Source: an uncultured beta proteobacterium (GTDB lineage: Bacteria; Pseudomonadota; Gammaproteobacteria; Burkholderiales; SG8-39). Taken from it: a stretch of DNA of 64,000 bases. The stretch is taken from assembly GCA_963832685.1 (NCBI GenBank), contig CAWHUZ010000001.1:101800-165799 (forward strand). Direction: 5' to 3'. Position numbers and translations under genes: made by a program. Shown here piece after piece: positions 37,970 through 48,269 of this stretch (position 1 is its first letter; every line of letters starts with the position of its first letter). The notes below the pieces were generated by a model. It had not been told where the DNA came from. It saw only the letters and a program-made list of their open reading frames with translations, and did no database searches.

Positions 37970-38350
37970 ATGGCACGCATCGCGGGAATCAACATCCCCA
38001 ATCACCAGCATGCCGAGATCGCCCTCACGGCGATCTACGGCATCGGCCGTGCTCGCGCGCAGGCGATTTGCGTCGCCTCCGGGATCGAGGGATCGCGCAA
38101 GATCAAGGACTTGACCGATTCGGAGCTCGACCGATTGCGTGAGAACGTTATGCGCCTGGCGGTCGAAGGCGACTTGCGGCGCGAGGTTTCGATGAGCGTC
38201 AAGCGCCTAATGGACCTAGGTTGCTATCGCGGGGTGCGTCATCGCAAGGGACTTCCGGTTCGCGGTCAGCGCACCCGCACCAATGCCCGAACCCGCAAGG
38301 GGCCGCGCAAGACGGCGATCAAGCTGACCGCGCAGGCAGGCAAGGCGTAA
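37970..38350 (+). CDS. rpsM: 30S ribosomal protein S13
   Basis: [26 protein letters not shown]. Confidence 0.98.
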   Translation: MARIAGINIPNHQHAEIALTAIYGIGRARAQAICVASGIEGSRKIKDLTDSELDRLRENVMRLAVEGDLRREVSMSVKRLMDLGCYRGVRHRKGLPVRGQRTRTNARTRKGPRKTAIKLTAQAGKA

Positions 38351-38369
38351 CGCAGGTTAGAGGACATTC

Positions 38370-38783
38370 ATGGCGACCAGGAATCCGCAACAGCAGACGC
38401 AGCAGGCGGCACGCGCCCGCAAGAAGGTCAAGAAGAACGTGGCCGAAGGGATCGCGCACGTGCACGCGTCCTTCAACAATACTATCGTGACGATTACGGA
38501 CAGGCAGGGAAACGCGTTGTCTTGGGCAACTTCCGGCAACGCGGGGTTCAAGGGTTCGAGGAAATCAACGCCCTTCGCCGCACAAGTTGCCGCAGAGCGT
38601 GCCGGACGCGCCGCGCAGGAGTGCGGCGTAAAGAATATCGAAGTCCGCATCAAGGGACCGGGTCCGGGCCGGGAATCTGCCGTTCGCGCGTTGAATGCAA
38701 TCGGGCTCAAGATTTCGAGTATCGCGGATGTGACGCCCGTCCCGCATAACGGTTGCCGCCCGCCCAAGCGGCGCCGCGTCTGA
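38370..38783 (+). CDS. rpsK: 30S ribosomal protein S11
   Basis: 137 aa. [24 protein letters not shown]. Confidence 0.97.
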   Translation: MATRNPQQQTQQAARARKKVKKNVAEGIAHVHASFNNTIVTITDRQGNALSWATSGNAGFKGSRKSTPFAAQVAAERAGRAAQECGVKNIEVRIKGPGPGRESAVRALNAIGLKISSIADVTPVPHNGCRPPKRRRV

Positions 38784-38804
38784 GCAGACGGGAGAGTAGA
38801 CACC

Positions 38805-39434
38805 ATGGCAAGAAATCTCGACGCTAAGTGCCGCCAGTGCCGTCGCGAAGGGGAAAAGCTGTTTCTCAAAGGCGAGAAATGTTTCACCGACAAGTGCGCC
38901 GTGGAGCGCCGCAGCTATGCGCCAGGTCAGCACGGGCAGAAGAGCGGCCAGCGCCTGTCGGACTATGGCAAGCAGCTGCGTGAAAAGCAGAAGATTCGCA
39001 AGATCTACGGCGTGCTGGAGCGCCAGTTCCGCAAGACGTACGCCGAAGCGTCACAGTCGAAAGGCGTCACCGGAGAGCGTCTGCTGCAGTTGCTCGAGAC
39101 GCGCCTGGATAGCGTTGCCTACCGGATGGGATTCGGGGCATCGCGCACTGAGTCGCGTCAGCTGGTGCGCCACAACGGCATCCATGTAAACGGCAAGCGC
39201 GTGAACATCCCTTCTTACCAAGTCAGACCGGGGGACGTTGTTGAAGTAGCCGAAAAGGCTAAGGCACAGTTGCGGGTCAAGGCTGCAGCCGAAGCAGCCG
39301 AAAGTCGCGGCATTCCAGACTGGATGGAAGTGGACGCGAAAGCACTCAAGGGCACATTCAAAGCGTTGCCGACGCGACCCGAATTGCCGTCCTCGATCAA
39401 CGAAAGCCTGGTGATCGAACTCTATTCGAAGTAA
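38805..39434 (+). CDS. rpsD: 30S ribosomal protein S4
   Basis: 209 aa. [18 protein letters not shown] zinc-type N-terminus, S4 RNA-binding domain. Confidence 0.97.
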   Translation: MARNLDAKCRQCRREGEKLFLKGEKCFTDKCAVERRSYAPGQHGQKSGQRLSDYGKQLREKQKIRKIYGVLERQFRKTYAEASQSKGVTGERLLQLLETRLDSVAYRMGFGASRTESRQLVRHNGIHVNGKRVNIPSYQVRPGDVVEVAEKAKAQLRVKAAAEAAESRGIPDWMEVDAKALKGTFKALPTRPELPSSINESLVIELYSK

Positions 39435-39502
39435 CGAGGTCACACCGGGTCCGGTCCAGGCTAGTCCCGTACTCCCTACACGATTAACCGCAGGACGAAA
39501 AA

Positions 39503-40486
39503 ATGTCGCAATCCGGATTTCTGAAGCCGCGCATCGTCGACGTACAGAACTTGTCCCCCTACCACGCGAAAGTGACGATGGAGCCGTTCGAGCGCGGCTA
39601 TGGCCATACGCTCGGCAATGCTTTGCGTCGTGTGCTGCTGTCCTCGATGCCCGGCTACGCCCCGACCGAGGTGCAAATTGCCGGTGTGGTGCACGAGTAC
39701 TCGACGATGGATGGAGTGCGCGAAGACATCGTCGACATTCTGCTCAACTTGAAGGGCGTCGTGTTTCGCCTTCACAACCGGCAGGAAGCGATTCTTTCGC
39801 TGAAGAAGGACGGCGAAGGGCAGGTAACCGCCGCCGACATCGAAGCCGCGCACGACGTCGAGATCGTCAATCCCGAGCACGTCATTGCGACGCTCGCCTC
39901 TGGCGGCAAGCTCGAAATGCAGATCAAAGTCGAGTCTGGGCGCGGCTATGTCCCGGGCAACATGCGGTATCTACCGGAAGAGACCAAGGGCATCGGGCGC
40001 ATCGTCCTCGACGCTTCGTTCAGCCCGGTTCGCCGCGTTTCGTATTCGGTCGAATCCGCGCGCGTAGAGCAGCGCACCGACCTGGACAAGCTGATCATGG
40101 ACATCGAAACCAACGGTGCGATCGAGCCTGAGGAGGCGATTCGATATTCGGCGCGCATTTTGGTGGACCAACTCTCGGTGTTCGCGCAGCTCGAAGGCAC
40201 CTCGATGCCGGCCGAGCAGCCGAAATCGCCGCAGGTGGACCCCATCCTGCTGCGCCCGGTCGACGACCTGGAACTTACCGTGCGCTCGGCGAACTGCCTC
40301 AAGGCCGAGAATATCTACTATATCGGCGACCTGATCCAGCGTACCGAGACGGAACTTCTCAAGACGCCGAATCTTGGGCGCAAGTCCCTGAACGAGATCA
40401 AGGAAGTGCTGGCCTCGCGCGGCCTGACCCTCGGCATGAAGCTCGAGAACTGGCCCCCAGCGGGACTCGAGCATCACCGCGCATAA
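39503..40486 (+). CDS. rpoA: DNA-directed RNA polymerase subunit alpha
   Basis: 327 aa. [22 protein letters not shown] and C-terminal domain [22 protein letters not shown]. Confidence 0.98.
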   Translation: MSQSGFLKPRIVDVQNLSPYHAKVTMEPFERGYGHTLGNALRRVLLSSMPGYAPTEVQIAGVVHEYSTMDGVREDIVDILLNLKGVVFRLHNRQEAILSLKKDGEGQVTAADIEAAHDVEIVNPEHVIATLASGGKLEMQIKVESGRGYVPGNMRYLPEETKGIGRIVLDASFSPVRRVSYSVESARVEQRTDLDKLIMDIETNGAIEPEEAIRYSARILVDQLSVFAQLEGTSMPAEQPKSPQVDPILLRPVDDLELTVRSANCLKAENIYYIGDLIQRTETELLKTPNLGRKSLNEIKEVLASRGLTLGMKLENWPPAGLEHHRA

Positions 40487-40515
40487 CGCGCGCACGGAGA
40501 TTAGGACAACAAGCC

Positions 40516-40917
40516 ATGCGTCACGGTCACGGACTCCGCAAGCTCAACCGCACGTCGAGCCACCGGCTCGCGATGCTGCGCAATATGGCAAATTCGCTGC
40601 TGCGCCACGAGACGATCACGACAACGCTGCCCAAGGCGAAGGAACTCCGGCGCGTGGTCGAGCCAATGATCACGCTCGGCAAAAAGCCGACCCTCGCGAA
40701 CCGGCGTCTGGCGTTTAACCGGCTTCGCGACCGGGAAATCGTAGGCAAGCTTTTCGACGACCTCGGACCGCGCTATGCGAAGCGCAATGGTGGCTACCTG
40801 CGCATTCTGAAGAGCGGCTTTCGCAAGGGCGACAATGCCCCGCTCGCGCTCGTGCTACTGCTCGACCAGCCCGAGAAGCCGGCAGAAGAGAAGAAGGAAG
40901 ATAAGAAAGCCGCTTGA
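40516..40917 (+). CDS. rplQ: 50S ribosomal protein L17
   Basis: [24 protein letters not shown]. Confidence 0.98.
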   Translation: MRHGHGLRKLNRTSSHRLAMLRNMANSLLRHETITTTLPKAKELRRVVEPMITLGKKPTLANRRLAFNRLRDREIVGKLFDDLGPRYAKRNGGYLRILKSGFRKGDNAPLALVLLLDQPEKPAEEKKEDKKAA

Positions 40918-40940
40918 TCGCGTATCGCGTTCGTGAGAAA

Positions 40941-40970
40941 AAGGCCGGGTTCGTCCCGGCCTTCTCTTTT
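40941..40970 (+). terminator. Intrinsic terminator closing the ribosomal superoperon
   Basis: Perfect 9-bp stem AAGGCCGGG / CCCGGCCTT, 5-nt loop, then CTCTTTT. Starts 24 nt after the rplQ stop. Confidence 0.75.
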
Positions 40971-40979
40971 GGAGCTGGC

Positions 40980-41711
40980 GTGATCGTACTTTTCACCGAC
41001 TTCGGGTCGTCGGACCCCTACGTCGGCCAGGTCAAGGCGGCGTTGCACCGTGCCGCTCCGCGCGTATCTATAGTAGACGCGCTCAACGACGCGCCGGAAT
41101 TCGCCGTCGAGCCGGCGGCGTATCTGCTTGCGGCCCTTGCGCCGCACTTCGGCAGAGGCAGCGTGTTCCTCGCCGTTGTCGACCCTGGCGTCGGCGGACC
41201 GCGGGACGCGATCGTGGTGGATGCTTATGGCCAAAGTTTCGTCGGTCCTGACAACGGTCTGCTTTCGGTCGTCTGGCAGCGCGCCGCCCGCAGGCGCAGC
41301 CGACGAATCGTCTGGCGCCCGGAATCGCTCTCAAGCTCGTTTCACGGCCGCGACCTGTTTGCGCCGGTGGCGGCTGCGCTCGCGCGGGGTCGTGTGCCCG
41401 CCGGATGGCTCGCCGCGACGCGCTCTCCGCGCGTGCTGTTCAACCCGACTGATTTCGCGCGAGTGATCTATGTCGATCATTTCGGCAACGCCATCACAGG
41501 GCTGCGCGCCGCGAACGTCGCGCCCGGAGCGCGGCTGCGAGTGGGGAGGCGGGTGCTTTCCCGCGCCGGGACTTTCGGCGAAGCGCCCTCAGGTGCGGCA
41601 TTCTGGTATGCGAACAGCCTGGGTCTGATCGAGATCGCAGCAAACGGAGCGAGCGCCGCGAGCAAGCTGGGCCTGCGCATAGGCACCCCGGTCGCGCTGT
41701 CCCGCGACTGA
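40980..41711 (+). CDS. DUF62 / SAM-dependent hydroxide adenosyltransferase (chlorinase-fluorinase superfamily)
   Basis: Within ORF 40914..41711. GTG 40980 preceded by GGAG. VIVLFTDFGSSDPYVGQVK, VVDPGVGGPRD and FHGRDLFAP motifs. Confidence 0.8.
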   Translation: MIVLFTDFGSSDPYVGQVKAALHRAAPRVSIVDALNDAPEFAVEPAAYLLAALAPHFGRGSVFLAVVDPGVGGPRDAIVVDAYGQSFVGPDNGLLSVVWQRAARRRSRRIVWRPESLSSSFHGRDLFAPVAAALARGRVPAGWLAATRSPRVLFNPTDFARVIYVDHFGNAITGLRAANVAPGARLRVGRRVLSRAGTFGEAPSGAAFWYANSLGLIEIAANGASAASKLGLRIGTPVALSRD

Positions 41712-41712
41712 G

Positions 41713-42255
41713 ATGCCGATCGTCTACACGATTGGACACGGAAACCGTACGATTGAAGATCTGGTGACGACCCTTGCCGCCGCCGGCGTGGGCCGTCTGG
41801 TGGATGTGCGGGCTAATCCGCGCTCGAGGCGCCACCCTCATTTCGGCTACGGACCGATCGGCGCAAGCCTGGCGGCGGCTCGCATTGGCTACGACTGGTG
41901 GGGCAAGGCGCTGGGTGGAATGCGTAGAGGTGGCCACGAAGCGCGCCACCCGGGACTGCGCGAGCCGGCTTTGCGCGCCTATGCGGAGCACATGCAGAGT
42001 GACGTATTTCGTCGTGCGACCGAAGAAGCAATGGCGCAGGCGGATCGCGAGACGCTTTGCCTGATGTGCGCGGAGCGCGACCCCTCGCAATGCCATCGCT
42101 CGCTCATCTCTGATTGGATCGTGCTGCACGGCGGGCGGGTCATTCATTTGATGGGTACGGGCGAGATGCGTGAGCATGCGCTGCATCCATCCTTGCGCTT
42201 CGACCAGGGTGTGCTGCGCTACTCGGGCGGCGCCGCGCAGGGCGAGCTTTTCTAG
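41713..42255 (+). CDS. DUF488 family protein
   Basis: MPIVYTIGHGNRTIEDLV...LVDVRANPRSRR...LMCAERDPSQCHRSLI. Confidence 0.8.
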   Translation: MPIVYTIGHGNRTIEDLVTTLAAAGVGRLVDVRANPRSRRHPHFGYGPIGASLAAARIGYDWWGKALGGMRRGGHEARHPGLREPALRAYAEHMQSDVFRRATEEAMAQADRETLCLMCAERDPSQCHRSLISDWIVLHGGRVIHLMGTGEMREHALHPSLRFDQGVLRYSGGAAQGELF

Positions 42256-43520
42256 GCGACGACGATCGCCCGGTAATCGTTTACGTTCGTCAACGTCGGG
42301 CCCGTGACCACGAGATCTCCGAGCGCGGCGAAAAACCCGTAACTGTCGTTCCTTGCCAGACACTTTCGCGGGTCGACTCCCGCGGCGTGCGCTCGCGCGA
42401 GTGTGTCGGGCGCGAGCAGCGCGCCCGCGTTGTCTTCGGACCCGTCGATACCGTCCGTGTCGGCAGCGATTGCGTGAATCTTCTCTACGCCTTCAAGCTC
42501 GATCGCAAGCGCGAGCAAGAACTCGCTGCAGCGCCCGCCGCGGCCTCCCTCGCCGCGCAGCGTCACGGTGCACTCGCCGCCTGAAATCAGCGCCACAGGG
42601 GGCGTGAAGGGCGCGCGGTAACGCCGCACTTCGCGCACCAGCGCCGCAAGCACTTTTGCGGCCTCGGACGCCTCGCCGGTGAGCGTGTCGCCGAGGATCA
42701 CCGACGCGATTCCCGCGGCGACAAACGTCTTGGCCGCCGCCTCGAGCGATCGGTGAGCCGTGGCGACAACGCGGTTTTCCACGCGTGCGAAGGCCGGGTC
42801 GCCCGGTTTCGGCGTTTCGGCCATGCGGCCGCCGGCGCCGCCTTCCAGGCGCGCGCGAACAGGCGCCGGCGGAGACACGCCGTACTTTGCGAGCACGTCC
42901 AGCGCGTCGCGAAAGGTGGTTGGATCCGGCGCGCAGGGCCCCGAGGCGATATGGGTAGGGTCGTCGCCGGTCACGTCCGAGATGATGAGCGCGAGCACCG
43001 GCGCCTTGCATGCGGCCGCGAGGCGTCCACCCTGGATCGCGGAAAGGTGTTTGCGGACCGTGTTGATTTCCTGAATCGCCGCGCCGCAGCGCAGCAACTG
43101 GGTGGTCACCGATTTGAGATCGGCCATGGATATGCCGTCGGCGGGCAGCGACAGCAGGCTCGAGCCGCCACCCGAGAGCAGTGCGATCAGCAGGTCGTCC
43201 GTCCCGAGCGTGCCCGCCTGTCGCAGTATCTCGCGCGCGCCGGCTTCGCCAGCCTCGTCGGGAACGGGGTGGCCCGCTTCCATCACTCGGATGCGGGAAG
43301 TCGCAAGCGCGTGACAATAGCGTGTAATCGCCAGGCCTTCGAGCGGCGCGTCTTTTGGCCAGGCGTGTTCGACGGCCGCCGCCATCGACGCTGCGGCCTT
43401 GCCGGCTGCGGCTACCAGTGTGCGCCCGCGCGGCGGGCGCGGTAGCTGCGGCCCGAGAATCTTGAGCGGATCGGCCGCAGCGACCGCGGCATGAAAGCTG
43501 TCCTCTAGCAGCCTGCGCAT
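42252..43520 (-). CDS. Glycerate 2-kinase / hydroxypyruvate reductase-like (MOFRL family)
   Basis: 422 aa, collinear with TtuD/GckA-type proteins (LISGGECTV, DTDGIDG). Confidence 0.85.
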   Translation of the reverse strand: MRRLLEDSFHAAVAAADPLKILGPQLPRPPRGRTLVAAAGKAAASMAAAVEHAWPKDAPLEGLAITRYCHALATSRIRVMEAGHPVPDEAGEAGAREILRQAGTLGTDDLLIALLSGGGSSLLSLPADGISMADLKSVTTQLLRCGAAIQEINTVRKHLSAIQGGRLAAACKAPVLALIISDVTGDDPTHIASGPCAPDPTTFRDALDVLAKYGVSPPAPVRARLEGGAGGRMAETPKPGDPAFARVENRVVATAHRSLEAAAKTFVAAGIASVILGDTLTGEASEAAKVLAALVREVRRYRAPFTPPVALISGGECTVTLRGEGGRGGRCSEFLLALAIELEGVEKIHAIAADTDGIDGSEDNAGALLAPDTLARAHAAGVDPRKCLARNDSYGFFAALGDLVVTGPTLTNVNDYRAIVVA

Positions 43521-43537
43521 GGCGAGGCGCGGTTGTC

Positions 43538-44185
43538 TCAGCCGAAGCTCTCTCGCGCCGCTTCCAGGCCGAGGCCGTACAGCCTGGGATAGAACTCGCG
43601 GAAGGCCCGCTGTATCTGGGCAGCCGGCACGTCGGCGAAGCTGCCGCGATCACGCACGTATTCCATGTGGCGGCGCGCGTCCCGGTCGTAGGGGTGGAAG
43701 ATCGAGTCGCTCCGACCGTCGAACTCGAGCGGCATCACGCGGAACTTGGTGCACAGTGCGAGATTGAACGCAGGCGTCGCTTTGACCCACTTGCCTTCGA
43801 GCAGGAGCTCCGCGTAGCCGTGGTAGATGAACAGATCGGTACCGAGGTACTCGAGCAGACGGGGTGTCGAAAGATGGTTCTTCACGTCTGCGAAGCCGAT
43901 TCGCGCCGGGATCCCCTCGGCGCGTGCGCATGCGGCGAGCAGGGCCGCCTTGCCGACGCAGAATCCTTCGCCGGCTTCGAGGCAGCTGCTGGCGCGAAAG
44001 GCGGCATCGCTGGTGAAGTCCAGGAACGGGTTATAGCGGATACCGTCACGCACCGCGTAGTAGAGCGACACGGCGCGCGCGACGTCGGTGTCGCCGCGCA
44101 TTGCGTGGCGTGCGAACGCGCTGACGGCCGGGTGGCCGCTATCGATGTAGTCGCCCGGCTGGAGATAGGTTTCCGCCGCGCCCAT
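43538..44185 (-). CDS. Transglutaminase-like (papain-fold) domain protein
   Basis: 215 aa. GEGFCVGKAALLAACARAEGIPAR contains the candidate Cys nucleophile; His and Asp lie downstream. Confidence 0.75.
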   Translation of the reverse strand: MGAAETYLQPGDYIDSGHPAVSAFARHAMRGDTDVARAVSLYYAVRDGIRYNPFLDFTSDAAFRASSCLEAGEGFCVGKAALLAACARAEGIPARIGFADVKNHLSTPRLLEYLGTDLFIYHGYAELLLEGKWVKATPAFNLALCTKFRVMPLEFDGRSDSIFHPYDRDARRHMEYVRDRGSFADVPAAQIQRAFREFYPRLYGLGLEAARESFG

Positions 44186-45033
44186 CAGCGGTCGAGCTTC
44201 ATCATTCGCTTGGCGCCGACGAACAGCGCGCTTGCGGGGTTGGCGAGCTCGTCAATGACCGAAAAGTGATTGTGTCCGGGCATCGCGATATCGCCCGCGA
44301 CGGCCGATCTCCAGCGTTGCGCGAGCAAGGCGTTCTGGCGCTTGAATTCCGAGCTCTCGGCGGCGCCGACGCAGGTGTAAACGGGCGCGCGCGTGGCGGG
44401 GGGCAGGAAGGCGGGAGACAGCTTCAACGCCGATGCCTCGTCCAGATGCAGGTCCGCATTCACGTGGTCCACTTGCACCAGGGGACGCAGGTCGTAGATT
44501 CCGCTCACCGCGAGCCCGCCCTTGAAGAGGTCTTTGGGCAACTGAGCTTCGTAGACCGGCCATATCGCCGCCATCATCATCGCCGTGAGGTGCGCTCCGG
44601 CGGAGTGTCCGCTCACGAACAACCGTTCTTCGTCCATGCCGTATTCCTCGGCATGCCGGTACAGCCACGCTGACGCGCGCAGCATCTGGCGCACGATTTC
44701 TTCCACCGTGACCTGCGGGCACAGATCGTAATTCACCACCACCAGCGAGACGCCGGTGTCGACCCAAGCCGGCGCGAAATAGGCGAAGTCACGCTTGTCG
44801 AGCGATCGCCAGTAGCCGCCGTGAATGAACATCAGCACCGAGCCGTCGCCCTTCCTGGCGGGAAAGATATCGAGCTTTTCCCCCGGTGCGGGACCGTAGC
44901 TCCGATCCAGATAGCAGGCCATCGTCGCGCGCGCCCGCGCCGAGCCTTCGGCCCAGCGCGCGAAATACTGCGCGTGGTCGGGGACCAGCTGGCGGTTGTT
45001 GTACTCCCGGCTGAGGAAGTCCGGGTCGTTCAT
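44185..45033 (-). CDS. Alpha/beta hydrolase, arylformamidase/esterase-like
   Basis: C-terminal 282 aa of ORF 44185..45633, from ATG 45033 (MNDPDFLSREYNNR). HGGYW oxyanion motif, GHSAGAH nucleophile elbow. ATGA overlap with the upstream gene. Confidence 0.8.
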   Translation of the reverse strand: MNDPDFLSREYNNRQLVPDHAQYFARWAEGSARARATMACYLDRSYGPAPGEKLDIFPARKGDGSVLMFIHGGYWRSLDKRDFAYFAPAWVDTGVSLVVVNYDLCPQVTVEEIVRQMLRASAWLYRHAEEYGMDEERLFVSGHSAGAHLTAMMMAAIWPVYEAQLPKDLFKGGLAVSGIYDLRPLVQVDHVNADLHLDEASALKLSPAFLPPATRAPVYTCVGAAESSEFKRQNALLAQRWRSAVAGDIAMPGHNHFSVIDELANPASALFVGAKRMMKLDR

Positions 45034-46085
45034 GCCCGCATCTCGCGCCACAGGCCGAGCGCAACCTGCGCCGGGCGATCGGAGTAGGAGAACAGCACGC
45101 ACTCCGACTCGCTCTCGATTCTCACAGGATGCCAGCTTGGCACGACGAAGGTGTCGCGCGGCGCGAATGCAAAGTCCTGGCCGCCGATCCTCGCCTTGCC
45201 GGTTCCCTCGACCACCGAATACACGGTCGCGTCGGTCGAGCGATAGGCCGCGGACTGGAAACCCTTGGGCAGCAGCTGGATGAAGCTGCCGATGGTCGGC
45301 ATCGCCAGCGCGCCGGTGAGCGGATTGATGAACTGCATCTTCCAGCCGTGGCAGGCGTCCGGATCGCAGTTCTTCGACAGCGTCTCGAGCGTCTCGCGGC
45401 TGCGCGCGTAGGGATAGTTGAAGATCGGCGAGGTCTTGGAGGCCGGCAACGGCCCCAGGGGAGCCATGTTGTTGCCATAGCGCGCATAGGAGTCGCCCTC
45501 CCTGTGTGTCACCGGCTGCACCTCCTCGGGGAAGGTCTCCATGAATCCGGCGTCGAACAGGCGAACCATGTGGATATCGAGACCGTCCATCCACACCACC
45601 GGCTCGCTGCCGGGGTTGCCGTGGTCGTGCCATGTCCAGGACGGGGTGATGATGAAGTCGCCCGGATGCATGGTGGTGCGCTCGCCATCGACCGCCGTGT
45701 ACGCTCCCGAGCCTTCAACGATGAAGCGCAGCGCCGACTGGGTATGGCGATGGCTGGGCGCGATTTCACCAGGCAAGATCAGTTGCAAGCCGCAGAACAG
45801 GCTGCGCGTAATCGCGGATTGCCCGCGCAGGCCGGGGTTCTCGAGGATCAGGACGCGCCGGACCGCCTCCTTCGCCGTGATGACCCCGCCCGATTCCATG
45901 ATGAAGGGGCGGATATCCCGGTACTTCCACAGCGCCGGCACACAGGGCGTCTGGGGCTGCGGCGGCACGAGGTCGTGCAGCACTTCCCACAGCGGCGCGA
46001 GATTGTCCGGTGCCATGCGCCGGTAGAGGTCGGCGCGGGCGCCGTCTGGCGCTGGACGCGCCCCGGGCCTGAGGACCGAAGCCAT
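45030..46085 (-). CDS. Gentisate 1,2-dioxygenase-like bicupin dioxygenase
   Basis: 351 aa. APLWEVL and GEIAPSHRHTQSALRFIVEG cupin metal motif. Length and two-cupin layout match the family. Confidence 0.8.
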   Translation of the reverse strand: MASVLRPGARPAPDGARADLYRRMAPDNLAPLWEVLHDLVPPQPQTPCVPALWKYRDIRPFIMESGGVITAKEAVRRVLILENPGLRGQSAITRSLFCGLQLILPGEIAPSHRHTQSALRFIVEGSGAYTAVDGERTTMHPGDFIITPSWTWHDHGNPGSEPVVWMDGLDIHMVRLFDAGFMETFPEEVQPVTHREGDSYARYGNNMAPLGPLPASKTSPIFNYPYARSRETLETLSKNCDPDACHGWKMQFINPLTGALAMPTIGSFIQLLPKGFQSAAYRSTDATVYSVVEGTGKARIGGQDFAFAPRDTFVVPSWHPVRIESESECVLFSYSDRPAQVALGLWREMRA

Positions 46086-46164
46086 TTCATGCTCCTGGGT
46101 TCGAGAACGTGCATTTTCTCCGGTATGGCCGAAGGCCGCAACGCGGGTTGGCGAAACCTTCCGC

Positions 46165-48267
46165 TCAGGCGGCCTGCAGCCAGCCGATGAGGGTCCGGCG
46201 CAGCGAATCCTTGAGCCGGTCCCAGCGCGAGGGGTTGTGGACGATTTCGGCGCGAAAGAACGACGGACACAGCACGGCGGCGTGGGCCACCTCGCCGCAC
46301 AGGCCGCAGCCTACGCAGTCGTTGTTGACGTGCGCCACGGGGTCGACCTTGAGCGGATCGGAGGCGTCCTTGACGGTCAGCGAGGGGCAGCCCGAGAGCC
46401 GGATGCAGGAGTGATCACCCGAGCACACGTCCTCGTCGACCCCGAAACGGGTCCGGACCATGCGCTTGCCCGCTTTCAGCGCGGCAGCGTTGCGGGGGCG
46501 GATCCGGCGCTGGCGCTCGAGCTGGCATTCGCCCTCGGCGATGATGACCTTCAGCCCCGGGCGCTCGGTGGTCATGGCTTCCTTGAGCGTCTCGGCCACC
46601 TCCCCGACGTGGTAGTTGTGCACCGTCTTCATCCAGCCCACCCCCAGTCCCCGCAGAGTGTTCTCGATCGTCCGATCCGCCGGCTTTGAGATGAGGTCCT
46701 GGGTGCCCGTGGCCGAGGTATAGCCGTTCTTCATCACCACCAGCACCGCATCGCCTTTGTTCAGCAGGTTCGAGGTGACGCCCGAGAGCAGGCCGTTGTG
46801 CCAGAAACCGCCGTCGCCCATGATCGCGATCGGCCGGCGCGCCATCATCGGTCCGACGCCGGCGCTCGAGGCCAGGCCCATGCCGTAGCCGAGGATCGAG
46901 TTTCCGACCGAGAACGGCTCGAACGTGGCGAACGAGTGGCAGCCGATATCTCCCGAGACGTGAGGGCGCCCGACCTCGCGCTCGGCGAGCTTGAGCGCCG
47001 CGAACACAGGCCGCTCGGGGCAGCCGATGCAGAAGCCCGGAGGACGCGGCGGCAGCGGCGCGCCCAGCAATTCCGCCGCGCGACGCCGCACCGCTGCCGC
47101 GTCCTCGAGCCAGCGCGTGCCGGCCGACGCGTCCACCCGCGGTGCATGCTGCGTCAGCAGCGCTGCGATCCCCCTTACGATCACCTCGGCGCTGTACTCG
47201 CCGGTCATCTGCAACAGGTCCTTGCCGTGAAGGCGCGTCTGCAGATCGGCGCGGCGCAGAATGGTGGCGATATCCTGTTCGATGAACTCGGGCTGCCCTT
47301 CCTCGACCACGAGCACCGCGCGCTTGCCGGCGCAAAAACCGGTAATCTCCTCCGGCACGAGCGGGTAGACGACGTTCAGTGCCAGGATCGGGATGCGGCT
47401 CGTGCCGAAATCGTCCGCCAGGCCCGCCAGGCGCAGCGCCCGCAGCAGGTTGTTGTAGAGGCCGCCCTGAACCACGATGCCGACGTCGCTTTCGGGACCT
47501 TCGAATACCTCGTTCAGGCGCTGCTCGCGCACGAATCGGCGCGCCGCCGGCAGGCGTACCTCGGCCTTGAGCTTTTCCTGCCTGAAGGTGGCCGGTGGGT
47601 GCGACAGCCGGTCGTAGTTGAACTCGGCCGCCTCCGCGAGCGGTCTGGTCGTCGAGATGGCAGGGGCGCGGTTGTCGCTCGCAACGAACGATCCCTGCAC
47701 ATGGCAGGCGCGGATGCGCAGCTCCAGCATCACCGGCGTGCTCGAGGCTTCCGACAGCTCGAAGCCTTTCTGCACCATCTTCACGATGGTCGGCAGGTTC
47801 GGACGCGGGTCGAGCAGGCACAGCGACGACTTCAGCGCGACGGCGTGGGTACGCTCCTGCGCGACGCTGGCGCCCTCGCCATAGTCCTCGCCCACCACGA
47901 TCAGGGCTCCGCCCACGACGCCCGCGCTGGACAGGTAGCTGAGCGCGTCCGAGGCGACATTCGTGCCGACGATGGACTTCCAGGTGACCGCGCCGCGCGC
48001 GGGATAATTGATCGACGCGCCGAGCATCGCCGCGGCGGAGGCTTCGTTGGTGCAGGCTTCGACGTGAACCCCGAGGGTGTCGAGGTAACCGCGCGCCTGC
48101 ACCATGACGTCCAGCAGGTTCGAAACCGGCGCGCCCTGGTAGCCCCCAACGTAAGAAACGCCCGATTCCAGCAGCGCCTTGGTGACCGCGAGGATCCCTT
48201 CGCCGCGGAAGGTTTCGCCCGCGCCAAGCTTGAGCAGCCCGATCTCCTCGTTGAACTGGCGTTCCAT
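46165..48267 (-). CDS. iorA: Indolepyruvate/2-oxoacid:ferredoxin oxidoreductase, alpha subunit
   Basis: Within ORF 46165..48543, from ATG 48267 (MERQFNEEIGLLKLG). TPP-binding region and C-terminal ferredoxin-like CVGCGLCGEVAHAAVLCP. Confidence 0.88.
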   Translation of the reverse strand: MERQFNEEIGLLKLGAGETFRGEGILAVTKALLESGVSYVGGYQGAPVSNLLDVMVQARGYLDTLGVHVEACTNEASAAAMLGASINYPARGAVTWKSIVGTNVASDALSYLSSAGVVGGALIVVGEDYGEGASVAQERTHAVALKSSLCLLDPRPNLPTIVKMVQKGFELSEASSTPVMLELRIRACHVQGSFVASDNRAPAISTTRPLAEAAEFNYDRLSHPPATFRQEKLKAEVRLPAARRFVREQRLNEVFEGPESDVGIVVQGGLYNNLLRALRLAGLADDFGTSRIPILALNVVYPLVPEEITGFCAGKRAVLVVEEGQPEFIEQDIATILRRADLQTRLHGKDLLQMTGEYSAEVIVRGIAALLTQHAPRVDASAGTRWLEDAAAVRRRAAELLGAPLPPRPPGFCIGCPERPVFAALKLAEREVGRPHVSGDIGCHSFATFEPFSVGNSILGYGMGLASSAGVGPMMARRPIAIMGDGGFWHNGLLSGVTSNLLNKGDAVLVVMKNGYTSATGTQDLISKPADRTIENTLRGLGVGWMKTVHNYHVGEVAETLKEAMTTERPGLKVIIAEGECQLERQRRIRPRNAAALKAGKRMVRTRFGVDEDVCSGDHSCIRLSGCPSLTVKDASDPLKVDPVAHVNNDCVGCGLCGEVAHAAVLCPSFFRAEIVHNPSRWDRLKDSLRRTLIGWLQAA

Positions 48268-48269
48268 GC

